From Candidatus Parcubacteria bacterium (GTDB lineage: Bacteria > Patescibacteriota > Patescibacteriia > Patescibacteriales > UBA12075): a DNA stretch of 64,000 nt. This document shows, in pieces, positions 17,937-27,655 of this stretch; the first letter of the stretch is position 1; the number at the start of each line of letters is the position of its first letter. The notes under the pieces were generated by a model. The model saw only the letters and a program-made list of their open reading frames with translations, was not told the DNA's origin and did not search any database. The translations under genes were made by a program, and so were the position numbers. The stretch spans positions 195,307 to 259,306 of the forward strand of contig CAWFCE010000001.1 in assembly GCA_963814275.1 (NCBI GenBank), given 5' to 3'.

Positions 17937-19739
17937 ATGCTAAGAACACATACATGCGGCGAATTACGGAAAGGGGACGTGGATAAAAAGGCCACCCTCT
18001 GCGGCTGGGTCCATCGGCGGCGCGACCATGGGGGTATCATTTTCATCGACCTTAGGGACCGCTACGGCCTGACCCAGATCAAATTCGATCCCAAGTTCGA
18101 TGCCGCGGCGCATAAGGAAGCCGACCAGCTGAGAAGTGAATGGGTAATCCGGGTGGAAGGCAAGGTAATTCCCCGGCCGGACGATATGGTCAACCCCAAG
18201 CTTGCCACCGGCGAGATCGAAGTGCAGATAAATAAGCTGGAAATCTTGAGCCAGTCGAAGACTCCGCCCTTCGAGCTGGAAGAGGAGAAGAATATCGAGG
18301 TTAAAGAGAATTTGCGGCTTAAATACCGCTTTGTCGATCTGCGCCGACCGGAGCTGCAGAAATTGCTCGACACTAAGGACAAATTCATACAGTATTGCCG
18401 CGATTACATGCGGAAATTGGGTTTTACCGAAGTGCAGACCCCGATCCTGGCCAGTTCCAGCCCGGAAGGGGCGCGCGATTTCCTGATCCCGTCCAGGCTC
18501 CACCCGGGCAAGTTCTACGCTTTGCCGCAGGCGCCGCAAATGTTCAAACAGCTTCTGATGGTCGGCGGTCTGGACAAATATTTCCAGATTGCGCCCTGTT
18601 TTCGCGATGAAGATACGCGTATGGACCGGCATTACGGCGAATTTTACCAGCTTGATATGGAAATGAGCTTTATCGAACAGGACGACATTTTATCGGCTAT
18701 GGAACCGCTCATGAAAGAGCTGACGGAAAAATTCAGCGGAAAAAAACTTGTCGGCGTGGAAAAAGACGGCCGTTTTCCGCAAATCCCATATCGCGAAGCC
18801 CTGGAAAAATACGGCACGGATAAGCCCGATCTGCGTTTTGGTCTGCCGATCAAACCGGTCACTGAGCTGGTAAAGGGATGCGGCTTCAAAGTGTTTGCCG
18901 ATATGGCGGCCCAGGAGGGGCATGCCGTCCACGCGCTTAAAGTCGACGGCGGAGCCAAGTTTACCCGCAAGGAGATAGACGAATTCACCGTTCTGGCGCA
19001 AAGCAAAGGCGCCAAAGGGCTGGCCTATATCGTATTGCGGGAAGACGGGAAAAACTATAAGCTTCAATCGCCGATCGTAAAATTTTTGGGAGACGATTTG
19101 GCCGGCAAGATCGTTGAGGCGTTGGACGCCAAAACCGGCGATATCATATTCTTCGGAGCCGACAAATGGCGGATAGTCTGTGACACGCTGGGCGCGGTAC
19201 GCAATGCCTGTGCGGAAAAATTGGGCCTGAAAGACAATAAAAAGGCAGCTTGGTGCTGGATAGTGGATTTCCCGATGTATGAATTCTCGGAGATCGAGGA
19301 TGGCCGGATCGATTTCGGCCACAACCCGTTCTCTATGCCTCAGGGCGGCTTGAGCGCCCTGGACGAGAAAGATCCGCTCGATATCAAAGCTTATCAATTC
19401 GATCTGGTAATCAACGGTTTTGAGGCCAGTTCCGGGGCGATTAGGAACCATGAGCCCGCGATAATGTACAAGGCTTTCGCCATCGCCGGTTACAGCCGTG
19501 ATGAGGTGGACGCCAAATTCGGCGCGATGATCAGGGCTTTCGAATACGGCGCGCCGCCGCACGGCGGCAACGCGCCCGGACTGGACCGCATCCTGATGGC
19601 CCTTTTAGACCTTGATTCGATCCGTGATATATACGCCTTCCCCAAAGACGGCGCCGGCCGCGACGTAATGATGGAGAGTCCGCATGAGGCGAGCGGGAAG
19701 CAATTGAAGGATCTGGGTATCAAGCTTCTTGGATCGTGA
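17937..19739 (+). CDS. aspS: aspartate--tRNA ligase (bacterial type with GAD insertion)
   Basis: 600 aa. N-terminal OB domain (LCGWVHRRRDHGG.IFIDLRD..G). Class II motifs FRDED.R.DR and GLDR at the C-terminus. Confidence 0.95.
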   Translation: MLRTHTCGELRKGDVDKKATLCGWVHRRRDHGGIIFIDLRDRYGLTQIKFDPKFDAAAHKEADQLRSEWVIRVEGKVIPRPDDMVNPKLATGEIEVQINKLEILSQSKTPPFELEEEKNIEVKENLRLKYRFVDLRRPELQKLLDTKDKFIQYCRDYMRKLGFTEVQTPILASSSPEGARDFLIPSRLHPGKFYALPQAPQMFKQLLMVGGLDKYFQIAPCFRDEDTRMDRHYGEFYQLDMEMSFIEQDDILSAMEPLMKELTEKFSGKKLVGVEKDGRFPQIPYREALEKYGTDKPDLRFGLPIKPVTELVKGCGFKVFADMAAQEGHAVHALKVDGGAKFTRKEIDEFTVLAQSKGAKGLAYIVLREDGKNYKLQSPIVKFLGDDLAGKIVEALDAKTGDIIFFGADKWRIVCDTLGAVRNACAEKLGLKDNKKAAWCWIVDFPMYEFSEIEDGRIDFGHNPFSMPQGGLSALDEKDPLDIKAYQFDLVINGFEASSGAIRNHEPAIMYKAFAIAGYSRDEVDAKFGAMIRAFEYGAPPHGGNAPGLDRILMALLDLDSIRDIYAFPKDGAGRDVMMESPHEASGKQLKDLGIKLLGS

Positions 19740-19830
19740 ATCCCCTCGGCTCGCTTTGCCCGCTCGGGGCAGGCGTGGATCGGAGATCGTGAATCGTGGA
19801 TCGGAGGTCATGGATTGGAGATGGGAAAGA
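19735..19830. repeat. gatcgtgaatc word repeat plus GC-rich hairpin
   Basis: ggatcgtgaatcccctcggctcgctttgcccgctcggggcaggcgtggatcggagatcgtgaatcgtggatcggagg starts inside the last aspS codons. Confidence 0.5.
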
Positions 19831-19884
19831 GTTTTTTAAGCCAGGCTTTATAACTTTTAACTTTATTACTTTATAACTTAATAA

Positions 19885-21300
19885 ATGGATATTTTGCCGA
19901 TAAAAAAATTATACCGCGAGAGTGATAAGTATTTAGGCAAAGAGATTCGAGTCGAGGGATGGGTCAGAACCGTCCGTTCATCCAATGTTTTTGGGTTCAT
20001 GGAAGTGAATGACGGCAGTTTTTTCCGCGGGATCCAGGTGGTGATGGATAAATCACTGGCCGGTTATGAGGAGTTGGCCAAAACCCCGATCGGTTCAGCC
20101 GTCCGGGTGGAGGGAAAACTCGTCCAGTCCGAAGGGGCCGGCCAGGATTTCGAGATAAAAGCCGCGATAATAGAAGTGGTAAGCGAAGCCGCGGCTGATT
20201 ACCCCCTACAGAAGAAACGCCACAGTTTCGAGTTCCTGCGCACCATCGCCCATTTGCGCGGCCGCTCCAATACCTTTTCCGCGGTTTTCCGGGTCCGCTC
20301 GACCCTGTCTTACGCTATCCATAAGTTTTTTCAGGAAGAGAAAGGATTTGTCTATGTGCACGCGCCAATCATCACGACCAGCGATTGCGAAGGGGCAGGG
20401 GAGATGTTCACGGTAACTTCTTTTCCGGTCGACGAACCGGTCGATCGCTTGCCGGTGAAATCAACTTCCGCGGGAAAAGTACTGGATTTCGACAGGGATT
20501 TCTTCGGCAAGAAAGCCGGGCTTACGGTAAGCGGCCAGCTCAATGCCGAAGCGATGTGCCACGCCTTTAAGGGCGTCTATACGTTCGGGCCGACTTTTCG
20601 GGCGGAGAATTCCAATACCAGCCGGCACGCGGCCGAATTCTGGATGATGGAGCCGGAGGTCGCCTTTGCCGACCTGGATGACAATATGGATCTGGCCGAG
20701 TCTATGATCAAATATCTGATCGCCTATGTCCGCCGGGAGTTGCCGGAAGAGATGGAATTTTTTAACAAATTCATCGGCCAGGGCCTGCTGGAACGCCTGG
20801 ATAACTTGGAGAAAAGCGATTTCGAACGGATTACCTATAGTCAGGCGATCGGAATTCTCGAAAAAGCGGAAAAGAAGTTCCAATTTCCGGTCAAATGGGG
20901 AATAGACCTGCAAAGCGAACACGAACGCTATATTTGCGAGGAGGTATATAAAAAGCCGGTATTCGTGACCGATTACCCCAGGGAGATCAAAGCCTTTTAT
21001 ATGCGCCTGAATGACGACGGCAAGACCGTGGCGGCGATGGACCTGCTGGCGCCGGGCATCGGCGAGATCATCGGCGGATCCCAGCGCGAGGAGCGGCTGG
21101 ATGTCCTGGAGAAGCGGATGGCGGAGGCGGGTTTGCCCCTGGATAATTATTGGTGGTACCGCCAGATCAGGAAATACGGCGGGGTGAAGCATGCCGGCTT
21201 CGGACTCGGGTTCGAACGCTTCCTCATGTATCTGACCGGAATGGAGAACATCCGCGACGTGATCCCGTTCCCGCGAGTGCCCAAGAGCGCGGAGTTTTGA
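19885..21300 (+). CDS. asnS: asparagine--tRNA ligase
   Basis: 471 aa. GWVRTVR....F.EVNDGS N-terminus. FRAE.S.T.RH..EFWM.E class II motif 2. C-terminal GFGLGFER and FPR.P. Confidence 0.93.
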   Translation: MDILPIKKLYRESDKYLGKEIRVEGWVRTVRSSNVFGFMEVNDGSFFRGIQVVMDKSLAGYEELAKTPIGSAVRVEGKLVQSEGAGQDFEIKAAIIEVVSEAAADYPLQKKRHSFEFLRTIAHLRGRSNTFSAVFRVRSTLSYAIHKFFQEEKGFVYVHAPIITTSDCEGAGEMFTVTSFPVDEPVDRLPVKSTSAGKVLDFDRDFFGKKAGLTVSGQLNAEAMCHAFKGVYTFGPTFRAENSNTSRHAAEFWMMEPEVAFADLDDNMDLAESMIKYLIAYVRRELPEEMEFFNKFIGQGLLERLDNLEKSDFERITYSQAIGILEKAEKKFQFPVKWGIDLQSEHERYICEEVYKKPVFVTDYPREIKAFYMRLNDDGKTVAAMDLLAPGIGEIIGGSQREERLDVLEKRMAEAGLPLDNYWWYRQIRKYGGVKHAGFGLGFERFLMYLTGMENIRDVIPFPRVPKSAEF

Positions 21301-21332
21301 TCACGCAACATATATCACGCAGCACATAGCAA
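21301..21332. repeat. cacgca/cacatagc word repeat
   Basis: tcacgcaacatatatcacgcagcacatagc uses the same vocabulary as the array at 63826-63900. Confidence 0.45.
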
Positions 21333-21380
21333 AGCCTTAAAGGATTTAATGATTAATTACGTTAAATATCAATCAAGGCT

Positions 21381-21857
21381 ATGAAAACATTAATCGTTTA
21401 TTATTCCCGAACCGGGACGACCAGGAAGGTGGCGGAGCTGCTCAGGGAAAAATTGCAGGGGGATGTCGAGGAATTGATCGATCATAAGGACCGGAGCGGC
21501 GCGGTCGGCTGGATGATGGCCGGCAAGGACGCGATGAAGAAAGTTAAGGCATCGATCGGTGATCTGAAATCCGATGCCGCCGGCTATGATCTGGTCGTGG
21601 TCGGCACGCCGGTCTGGGCCGGTACGATGGCGGCCGCGGTCAGGACATTTATGGAGAGTTACCGCGGCAAGCTGCCGAAAGTGGCGTTTTTCACCACCCA
21701 GGGCGGCGCCCAGCGCCAGCGCGTGTTTGAAGACCTGAAAGAAATTGCCGGCTCAGAGCCGGTGGCGGAGCTGATGCTTCGGACGGCCGCGGTTAAGAAA
21801 GGCGAACACACGGGAATGATCGAAGAGTTCATCGACACGCTGCAAAGCAAAATTTAG
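21381..21857 (+). CDS. flavodoxin-like fold protein
   Basis: 158 aa. N-terminal MKTLIVYYSRTGTTRKVAE FMN-phosphate loop pattern, then DLVVVGTPVW. Confidence 0.7.
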   Translation: MKTLIVYYSRTGTTRKVAELLREKLQGDVEELIDHKDRSGAVGWMMAGKDAMKKVKASIGDLKSDAAGYDLVVVGTPVWAGTMAAAVRTFMESYRGKLPKVAFFTTQGGAQRQRVFEDLKEIAGSEPVAELMLRTAAVKKGEHTGMIEEFIDTLQSKI

Positions 21858-21952
21858 CCAGCTTTACCGGGCTAATCCGGCTGAAATAGCCGGAACATTC
21901 TTATTAATTTTATGTTTAGTCGGTTTTTGGTATAATTAAATTTAGTTAAACT

Positions 21953-22543
21953 ATGTTAATCGCAATCGACATTGATGAGGTATTGGCGGATTTCGCCAAT
22001 CCTTTGGACAAATATATCAAAGGAAAATTCGGCCTTAAGATGGACCGGCATAAATGGAACACGGATAGGTGGTGGCAGACCTGGGGCGGTTCCCGGACTA
22101 CCGCTATCGGCAAGATCTACTCGTTCCTGACGAGCGCGGAATTCAAGCGTATCAAACCGGTCCCGGGCGCGGTCGCCGGAGTCAGAGCGCTCGAAAAAAT
22201 GGGCCACGAACTGATGGTCATTACCGGCCGACCGGCGGAGGTTATGCCGGAAACAAGGAAATGGCTTGAACGGTATTTCCCCGGCCAGTTCGTCCGCGTG
22301 GAATGCACCGACTTTCATATTGCCAAAGGCGGACACAAGACCAAGGGCGTGATCTGCAATGAATTCGGCTGTCAGGTGATGATCGACGATTTTCCCCACT
22401 ACGCCGAGGAATGCGCCGATGACGACACGAAAGTATTTCTATTCGATACGGGCTACAACCATACATTCCATAAATTAAAGGGTATTGTCAGGGTCAAGGA
22501 TTGGAAAGACGTGGTGGAAAAGATCAAGAAACTGAAAATTTGA
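21953..22543 (+). CDS. HAD-superfamily 5'(3')-deoxyribonucleotidase-like phosphatase
   Basis: 196 aa. Motif I IAIDIDEVLADF (DxDxV), motif II VITGR, C-terminal K...IDD. Confidence 0.6.
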   Translation: MLIAIDIDEVLADFANPLDKYIKGKFGLKMDRHKWNTDRWWQTWGGSRTTAIGKIYSFLTSAEFKRIKPVPGAVAGVRALEKMGHELMVITGRPAEVMPETRKWLERYFPGQFVRVECTDFHIAKGGHKTKGVICNEFGCQVMIDDFPHYAEECADDDTKVFLFDTGYNHTFHKLKGIVRVKDWKDVVEKIKKLKI

Positions 22544-22764
22544 AATTGGATATTGAGAAATGAGAAAAATTGTTTTTTCGGCCGGCTGCGGGAAATTACG
22601 ATAAGGCAATATTAAACATTTTTACACTAATTATCACGGATTTTTGACGGATTTACACGGATTTTATAAGGTTTTTCTCGAGTTTCAAATTGAGAAATAT
22701 TGTAAAATTATATACATATCATATTTTTTATAATTCCGAAATATATTAATCATTTTATCGATAT

Positions 22765-23940
22765 ATGGACGAGAAAATTACAATTCAGCCGGAAGAGCCG
22801 AAGCAGATCGAAACTCTGGAAAAGCAGCTTGGCCGCGAATACGAGGAAAAGAACCCTGACTTGCGCCAAGTGTTGGCCGCCGAGCATACGGGTATGTTCG
22901 AAAGACTGAAAGGGGAATACGGGGAAAGAGAAGCAAAGACTTGGCGGATGGAGCGGGATAAAGCAGAATTAGAGAGGGAAAATAACGAACTTAATGAGGA
23001 TGTCAGTGATCTGGTATGTTTACTTAACAAAAAGATCGATGAATACCGCGATGCGATTATTGACAGTGTGACCGGCCTGGAACAGCGGAAGCAGCTTTTC
23101 AAGAGAGTCAACACCAGATTGGCGGAATTATTGGGCGTTGAAGCAAGCGATACGCCGCAGGAAGTACATGAGAAGATCCGCCAGGCCGATTTCAGCAAAA
23201 CTGACCTGGCGATTATGATGGGAGATATATCATTCTTGTCTTTGGCCAACGAATCTGCGGCCGGCCACAGTTCGGGCGATAAGCTTCTGAGTCGTATAAG
23301 CAGGACGGTTTCCGAGCAAAAAATCAGGGATAGCCTCTTTATTAAGGCGTATCGCCATGGCGGAGACGAGATCACGGCCATACTGGATCTGGACCAGGAA
23401 TCCGTCGGAAAAAAACTGGGGGAGATCCAGGACAGCGTGAACAAATTGGAGAATATCGATAATCTGGCGGCATATGGCCTGAAACCGAATATCGATATGG
23501 GGTCGGCGCAGCTCAGCGAAGCAAAAGAGGTCTTGGATATGATCGAGCAGGAATGCGCGAAAAAAAATATCAGATTCGAACAGCGGGAAATCAAAGATCT
23601 GGCGAATGTCTGGCTGCAGATAGCGGACAGAAAGTGTTTTATCAATAAGGCGGACACAAGGATCAGATTGCTGGCAGATAAGTATAAAAACGATCCGGTT
23701 AATTTTAAAAAAACGATCAACAGTTTGCGCAAAGGCGGTTATAATATTGAAGATAAAGAATTGGACGGTATGGCCAAAAGCGATAAGTTGGAAGAGGATA
23801 TACCCGGTTTCATCAGGCGCAAAGACGCGGAAAAATTAAACGGTATGCAGGGCTACGATTTGGTCAGGGCGAAAGTGATAAACGATTATGTCTGGGGAAA
23901 GATCGAGGATGAGAAGAGCGGCAATAACGGAGAAAAATAA
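22765..23940 (+). CDS. coiled-coil protein with degenerate GGDEF (GGDEI) domain
   Basis: DSVTGLEQRKQLF (D.LTGL.NR..F), MMGDISFLSLAN..AGHSSGD.LL (DID.FK..ND..GH..GD..L) and YRHGGDEI at nt 23359-23373. N-terminal ~100 aa predicted coiled coil. Confidence 0.55.
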   Translation: MDEKITIQPEEPKQIETLEKQLGREYEEKNPDLRQVLAAEHTGMFERLKGEYGEREAKTWRMERDKAELERENNELNEDVSDLVCLLNKKIDEYRDAIIDSVTGLEQRKQLFKRVNTRLAELLGVEASDTPQEVHEKIRQADFSKTDLAIMMGDISFLSLANESAAGHSSGDKLLSRISRTVSEQKIRDSLFIKAYRHGGDEITAILDLDQESVGKKLGEIQDSVNKLENIDNLAAYGLKPNIDMGSAQLSEAKEVLDMIEQECAKKNIRFEQREIKDLANVWLQIADRKCFINKADTRIRLLADKYKNDPVNFKKTINSLRKGGYNIEDKELDGMAKSDKLEEDIPGFIRRKDAEKLNGMQGYDLVRAKVINDYVWGKIEDEKSGNNGEK

Positions 23941-23969
23941 TTTTTAAATTTAATTATTAAGATAAATTT

Positions 23970-24905
23970 ATGTCAACTAACAACGCACCCAAGTACGCGT
24001 TCTTCTATATGCTGTCGCTGGTGGCCCTGGTCTTCATGTCGATCGCGACCGGGATGATCATTTTCCAGATCATCAACAAATTGATCCCGGACGTGCCCGG
24101 ACTGTTCCAGGGCAGCTTCTCGGACGAACAGCTCAAGTTCGCGATCTCGGCCCTCGTCATCAGTGTGCCGATCTTTTTCCTGACGATCAGGCAGATCTTC
24201 AAAAGTATCGACAAAGGCGACCTGCAGCCGGATTCCGCGATCCGGCGCTGGCTGACCTATTTCATCCTCTTCGTATCATCAGTGGTGATGATCGGCTGGC
24301 TGATCGGCACCCTGAACAATTTCCTGGACGGCGAGCTGACTGCCAAATTTCTCCTGAAAGCGGTGGCTGCTATCGGGATTGCCGCTTCGATATTCACTTT
24401 TTATCTCTATGATATCCGCCGGAAATCGGTACCGGGCCAAAAAGACAGAACCATCAATATGTATTTTTACGGTTCGCTCATTGTCATTATCGCGGCCTTT
24501 GCCGCATCGTTGTTCATCGTGGAATCGCCGACGCAAGCGCGCAATCGCCGCCTGGACGATATCCTGATAAATAATTTCAACCAGATCGACAGCGCAGTCA
24601 GCACGTATTACCAGGAATACGGTTCATTACCGGAAAATCTGGACGTACTTAAAACAGAGTTCAGCTATTTGGGTGACGAAAATTTGCGCGACCCGGCAAC
24701 CAACGCGCCGATCCAATACCGGACAGTGGATGAACGGACTTATGAACTCTGCGCCTCATTCCTGACCGATACGACCGAAAATGAGGGAGTGAATGCCTTT
24801 ATCGATGAACGCTGGCGGCACGCGTCCGGCGAACAATGCCTTAAGCAGGCAGTGCATGACCTGGGCGATAATCCCGATGTCAAAAGGCCGATTCCGGTCA
24901 ATTGA
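23970..24905 (+). CDS. integral membrane protein (DUF5671-like N-terminus), unknown function
   Basis: 311 aa. Four to five predicted TM helices followed by a soluble C-terminal domain. Confidence 0.6.
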   Translation: MSTNNAPKYAFFYMLSLVALVFMSIATGMIIFQIINKLIPDVPGLFQGSFSDEQLKFAISALVISVPIFFLTIRQIFKSIDKGDLQPDSAIRRWLTYFILFVSSVVMIGWLIGTLNNFLDGELTAKFLLKAVAAIGIAASIFTFYLYDIRRKSVPGQKDRTINMYFYGSLIVIIAAFAASLFIVESPTQARNRRLDDILINNFNQIDSAVSTYYQEYGSLPENLDVLKTEFSYLGDENLRDPATNAPIQYRTVDERTYELCASFLTDTTENEGVNAFIDERWRHASGEQCLKQAVHDLGDNPDVKRPIPVN

Positions 24906-25036
24906 AGCGGCATAACGCTGAGTTTGACATAATGGAAAAATTCATTTAAAATAAGTGGTTAATCCAATGATCCAGCGATTATTCCCTGGATCATTGGAAT
25001 ATTGGGATCTTTAAAACTTAAGCAAGGGGGCGACGC

Positions 25037-25273
25037 ATGTATAGCCGGAAGATAAGAAAAAAAATCAAATTTGGTTTTTTGAATTCGATTGATTTATTGA
25101 CTGGGGTGCTGGCCCGAATTCTTTTCGCGGTTTTCCATTGTTACGGATTCGCAAGAATTGAATTGGCCAGAATCAATTTTCCGGGTAAAAAATACTTTTT
25201 TTATCCGTTAATAGTTAAGAATTTTATTGCCCTATTCATTTTCGAGGTGCCAAGGCATATAACAAAAGACTGA
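25037..25273 (+). CDS. possible small membrane protein
   Basis: 78-aa ORF. SD-like aaggggg at 25024-25030. Two hydrophobic stretches. No homology recognised. Confidence 0.3.
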   Translation: MYSRKIRKKIKFGFLNSIDLLTGVLARILFAVFHCYGFARIELARINFPGKKYFFYPLIVKNFIALFIFEVPRHITKD

Positions 25274-25296
25274 TTAACGCAAAGGAGAGCGATGCG

Positions 25297-25701
25297 ATGA
25301 CAGGAAAATACGGCGCGAAGGAAGGAGTTTTGGTGATTACGGACAATGGTAATATCGGAAGACTGTTTTCCGCTCTGGCGTCAATGGGTTACGGCAGGGA
25401 TGATATAGTCCATATCGATCATGTATTTATGATTGCTGAATGCCTGTTTCATCAGTTCGAACTGGTCATTTATGACCTGGATATGCGAGTGGACCATGGC
25501 CAGGCCAGAAGAATATTGGAAAATTGTAAAAGTGATTTTCTGTTCGGCGGGGCAAAAATTATTTTTATGGATGTATGCGAGCCTGCCAAAGAAAATCCGT
25601 TTCTCGGTATTTTAAAGGAAGATGGATTTGTTTACCTTTGCTGTGAACAGGAAATAATCGGGGCGGAAATCCGGCGGGCTTTAAATCCCGGATTTTTTTA
25701 A
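25297..25701 (+). CDS. receiver (REC)-like single-domain protein
   Basis: 134 aa. VLVITDNG, ELVIYDLDM and KIIFMD follow the beta-strand/acidic-pocket spacing of CheY-like receivers. SD aaggag at 25282-25287. Confidence 0.4.
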   Translation: MTGKYGAKEGVLVITDNGNIGRLFSALASMGYGRDDIVHIDHVFMIAECLFHQFELVIYDLDMRVDHGQARRILENCKSDFLFGGAKIIFMDVCEPAKENPFLGILKEDGFVYLCCEQEIIGAEIRRALNPGFF

Positions 25702-25733
25702 ACATCCTTATTTTTACGGAACAGGAGGTTATT

Positions 25734-25790
25734 ATGGACAGTAAGAAAAAGATTTTGATCGTTTCCAGAGATATTAAATTTTGCATCTGA
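25734..25790 (+). pseudogene. 18-codon ORF resembling the first strand of a receiver domain (possible gene remnant)
   Basis: SD aggagg at 25723-25728, then MDSKKKILIVSRDIKFCI-stop. The downstream frame continues ELNRFSDVIVSALSRI.. before a terminator. Confidence 0.25.
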
Positions 25791-25917
25791 ATTGAATCGA
25801 TTTTCGGATGTAATCGTTTCCGCCTTATCGCGGATACATCAAGATAACATCGTCTGTCGTGACGCAATGGGGGCGTAATTCACCCCAGACGACAGCTTCC
25901 AGCCTGTTAATCCCCAA

Positions 25918-25954
25918 AACCAACCATTCTAAAAGAATTTGGTTGGTTTTTTTT
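25918..25954 (+). terminator. intrinsic terminator
   Basis: aaccaaccattc-taaaa-gaatttggttgg followed by 8 T. Confidence 0.65.
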
Positions 25955-26107
25955 GAAAAAAGTGTTATAATATAAGAGTCGAAAGCAGCTAATTTTAATT
26001 TGTCTAATTAAAAATAATGATTTTCTATTTAGCGGTATTTTAACCGCGGATTTGTCGCCAATTAATACGCAGTTATAACGCGGAGACAATTAATATTAGA
26101 TAATATT

Positions 26108-26716
26108 ATGCCAAATAAAAAAATCACGAAAAAACCAGCCGCCAAAAAAACCAAAAAGCCGACAGTCAGGAAAAAGAAGATGACAACGAAATTACCGGTG
26201 AAGCTGGTGAAATATCTGGAAGAGCATGGGATCGACCACGAGATATTGGAGCATCGGACGGTCTATACGGCGATGGACGCGGCCGCGACCATGAAAAAAA
26301 AGATGAATGAAATCGCCAAAGCGCTCTACGTGAAAGCTGACCGTGACTACTACGTGGTTATCCTGCCGGCGGACCAGAATCTCGATTTCCCCAAATTGAC
26401 GAAATGCCTGTCCGCCAGTTCGGACAAACCGTATAAGGCGATCAAGATCCCCGGCGAGAAAATCATGCAGAACGCCCTCAAGATCAAGACCGGCGCCCTG
26501 AGTGCGTTCGGCGGTTTGCAGAAATTGCCGGTCGTGGTGGAAAAAGGCCTGACCAAGACCAAAAAGGCGGTGTTTTCCTCCGGTTCGTTCAACCACTCGG
26601 TAGAGATGGCGGTCAAAGATTTTATCGAATTGGAAAAAGCGATAGTCGGGGTATTCGGCAAGAAGAAAACGATAAAGAAGCAAAAGGTGACTAAACCGAA
26701 GAAGAAGAAAAAATAA
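26108..26716 (+). CDS. YbaK/EbsC-type aminoacyl-tRNA editing domain protein with poly-Lys tails
   Basis: The core (L.EHGI.HE..EH..V.T...A.......I.KAL..K.D..YY.V.LP.D..LD..KL) matches the YbaK deacylase fold. About 27 aa at the N-terminus and about 20 aa at the C-terminus are Lys-rich. Confidence 0.65.
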   Translation: MPNKKITKKPAAKKTKKPTVRKKKMTTKLPVKLVKYLEEHGIDHEILEHRTVYTAMDAAATMKKKMNEIAKALYVKADRDYYVVILPADQNLDFPKLTKCLSASSDKPYKAIKIPGEKIMQNALKIKTGALSAFGGLQKLPVVVEKGLTKTKKAVFSSGSFNHSVEMAVKDFIELEKAIVGVFGKKKTIKKQKVTKPKKKKK

Positions 26717-26718
26717 AT

Positions 26719-26824
26719 ATAATACGAATGCTACGAATTACGTTCCGAATGCCCCGAATGCTATATTACGAATTCGGATATATTCGCGGCATTCGGAACG
26801 TAATTCGTAGCATTCGGATTATAA
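26719..26824. repeat. cgaatg/cattcg word hairpin (empty copy)
   Basis: Arms 26721-26752 and 26789-26820 pair over 32 bp with 1 mismatch. The element ends 5 nt before the scpA ATG. Confidence 0.85.
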
Positions 26825-26827
26825 CAT

Positions 26828-27538
26828 ATGATCAATTTCAAATTGGAAAAATTCGAAGGACCGCTTTCCCTTCTGATCAAGCTGATCGAACAGGAGGAGC
26901 TTGACATTACCCAAGTCAGCCTGGCCAAGGTAGCGGACCAATATGTCCAATATATCCGCGAAGCCGGACGGATAAACCCGGAAGAGATGGCGGATTTTTT
27001 GGTTGTTGCCGCACGGCTGCTGCTCATAAAATCCAAGGCTCTCCTGCCCTATTTGTATCCCGAAGAAGAGCAGGAGATCGAGGAACTGGAAGAGCAGCTT
27101 AAGATGTACAAAGAATTCATCGAAGCGGCCAAAGGAATCCAGAAAATGCTCGGCCGGAAAAAATTCATGTTTGCCCGCGAGTTCAACCGCAAAGTGATCC
27201 TGAACAACATTCACCTTTTCGCGCCGCCGAAGAAATTGATCAAGAGCGATCTAAAAGAGATATTCACGGATATTATTACCCGTTTGGAGCCGCCGGAAAA
27301 ACTGGCCGAAAAAACGCTCGACCGCAAGATTACGATCGAGGAAAAGATCGCCCATATCCAGAATCTGCTGCTGGATCGCATTACCACCAGTTTTAACGAA
27401 GTCTTGATTCAGGCGGAGAACAAAACCGAAATTATCGTAAGCTTCCTGGCCATCCTCGAACTGATGCGCCAGCGGGAAGTGGTGTTGGAACAGAATGAAT
27501 TGTTCGGCGAAATTATAATTAATCGGAATAATTCATAA
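26828..27538 (+). CDS. scpA: segregation and condensation protein A
   Basis: 236 aa. F.GPLSLLIKLIE.EELDIT.VSLA.V.DQY motif. Confidence 0.9.
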   Translation: MINFKLEKFEGPLSLLIKLIEQEELDITQVSLAKVADQYVQYIREAGRINPEEMADFLVVAARLLLIKSKALLPYLYPEEEQEIEELEEQLKMYKEFIEAAKGIQKMLGRKKFMFAREFNRKVILNNIHLFAPPKKLIKSDLKEIFTDIITRLEPPEKLAEKTLDRKITIEEKIAHIQNLLLDRITTSFNEVLIQAENKTEIIVSFLAILELMRQREVVLEQNELFGEIIINRNNS

Positions 27539-27542
27539 AGCA

Positions 27543-27644
27543 TAATACGAATGCCCCGAATGGCGCTCCGAATGCCGCAAATATATCCGAATTCGTAATA
27601 TAGCATTCGGAGCATTCGGAACGTCATTCATAGATTCGGATTAT
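27543..27644. repeat. cgaatg/cattcg word hairpin (empty copy)
   Basis: It starts ataatacgaatg and ends attcggattat, like the 26719 copy. Imperfect arms. It ends 12 nt before the scpB ATG. Confidence 0.75.
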
Positions 27645-27655
27645 ATACATACCAT

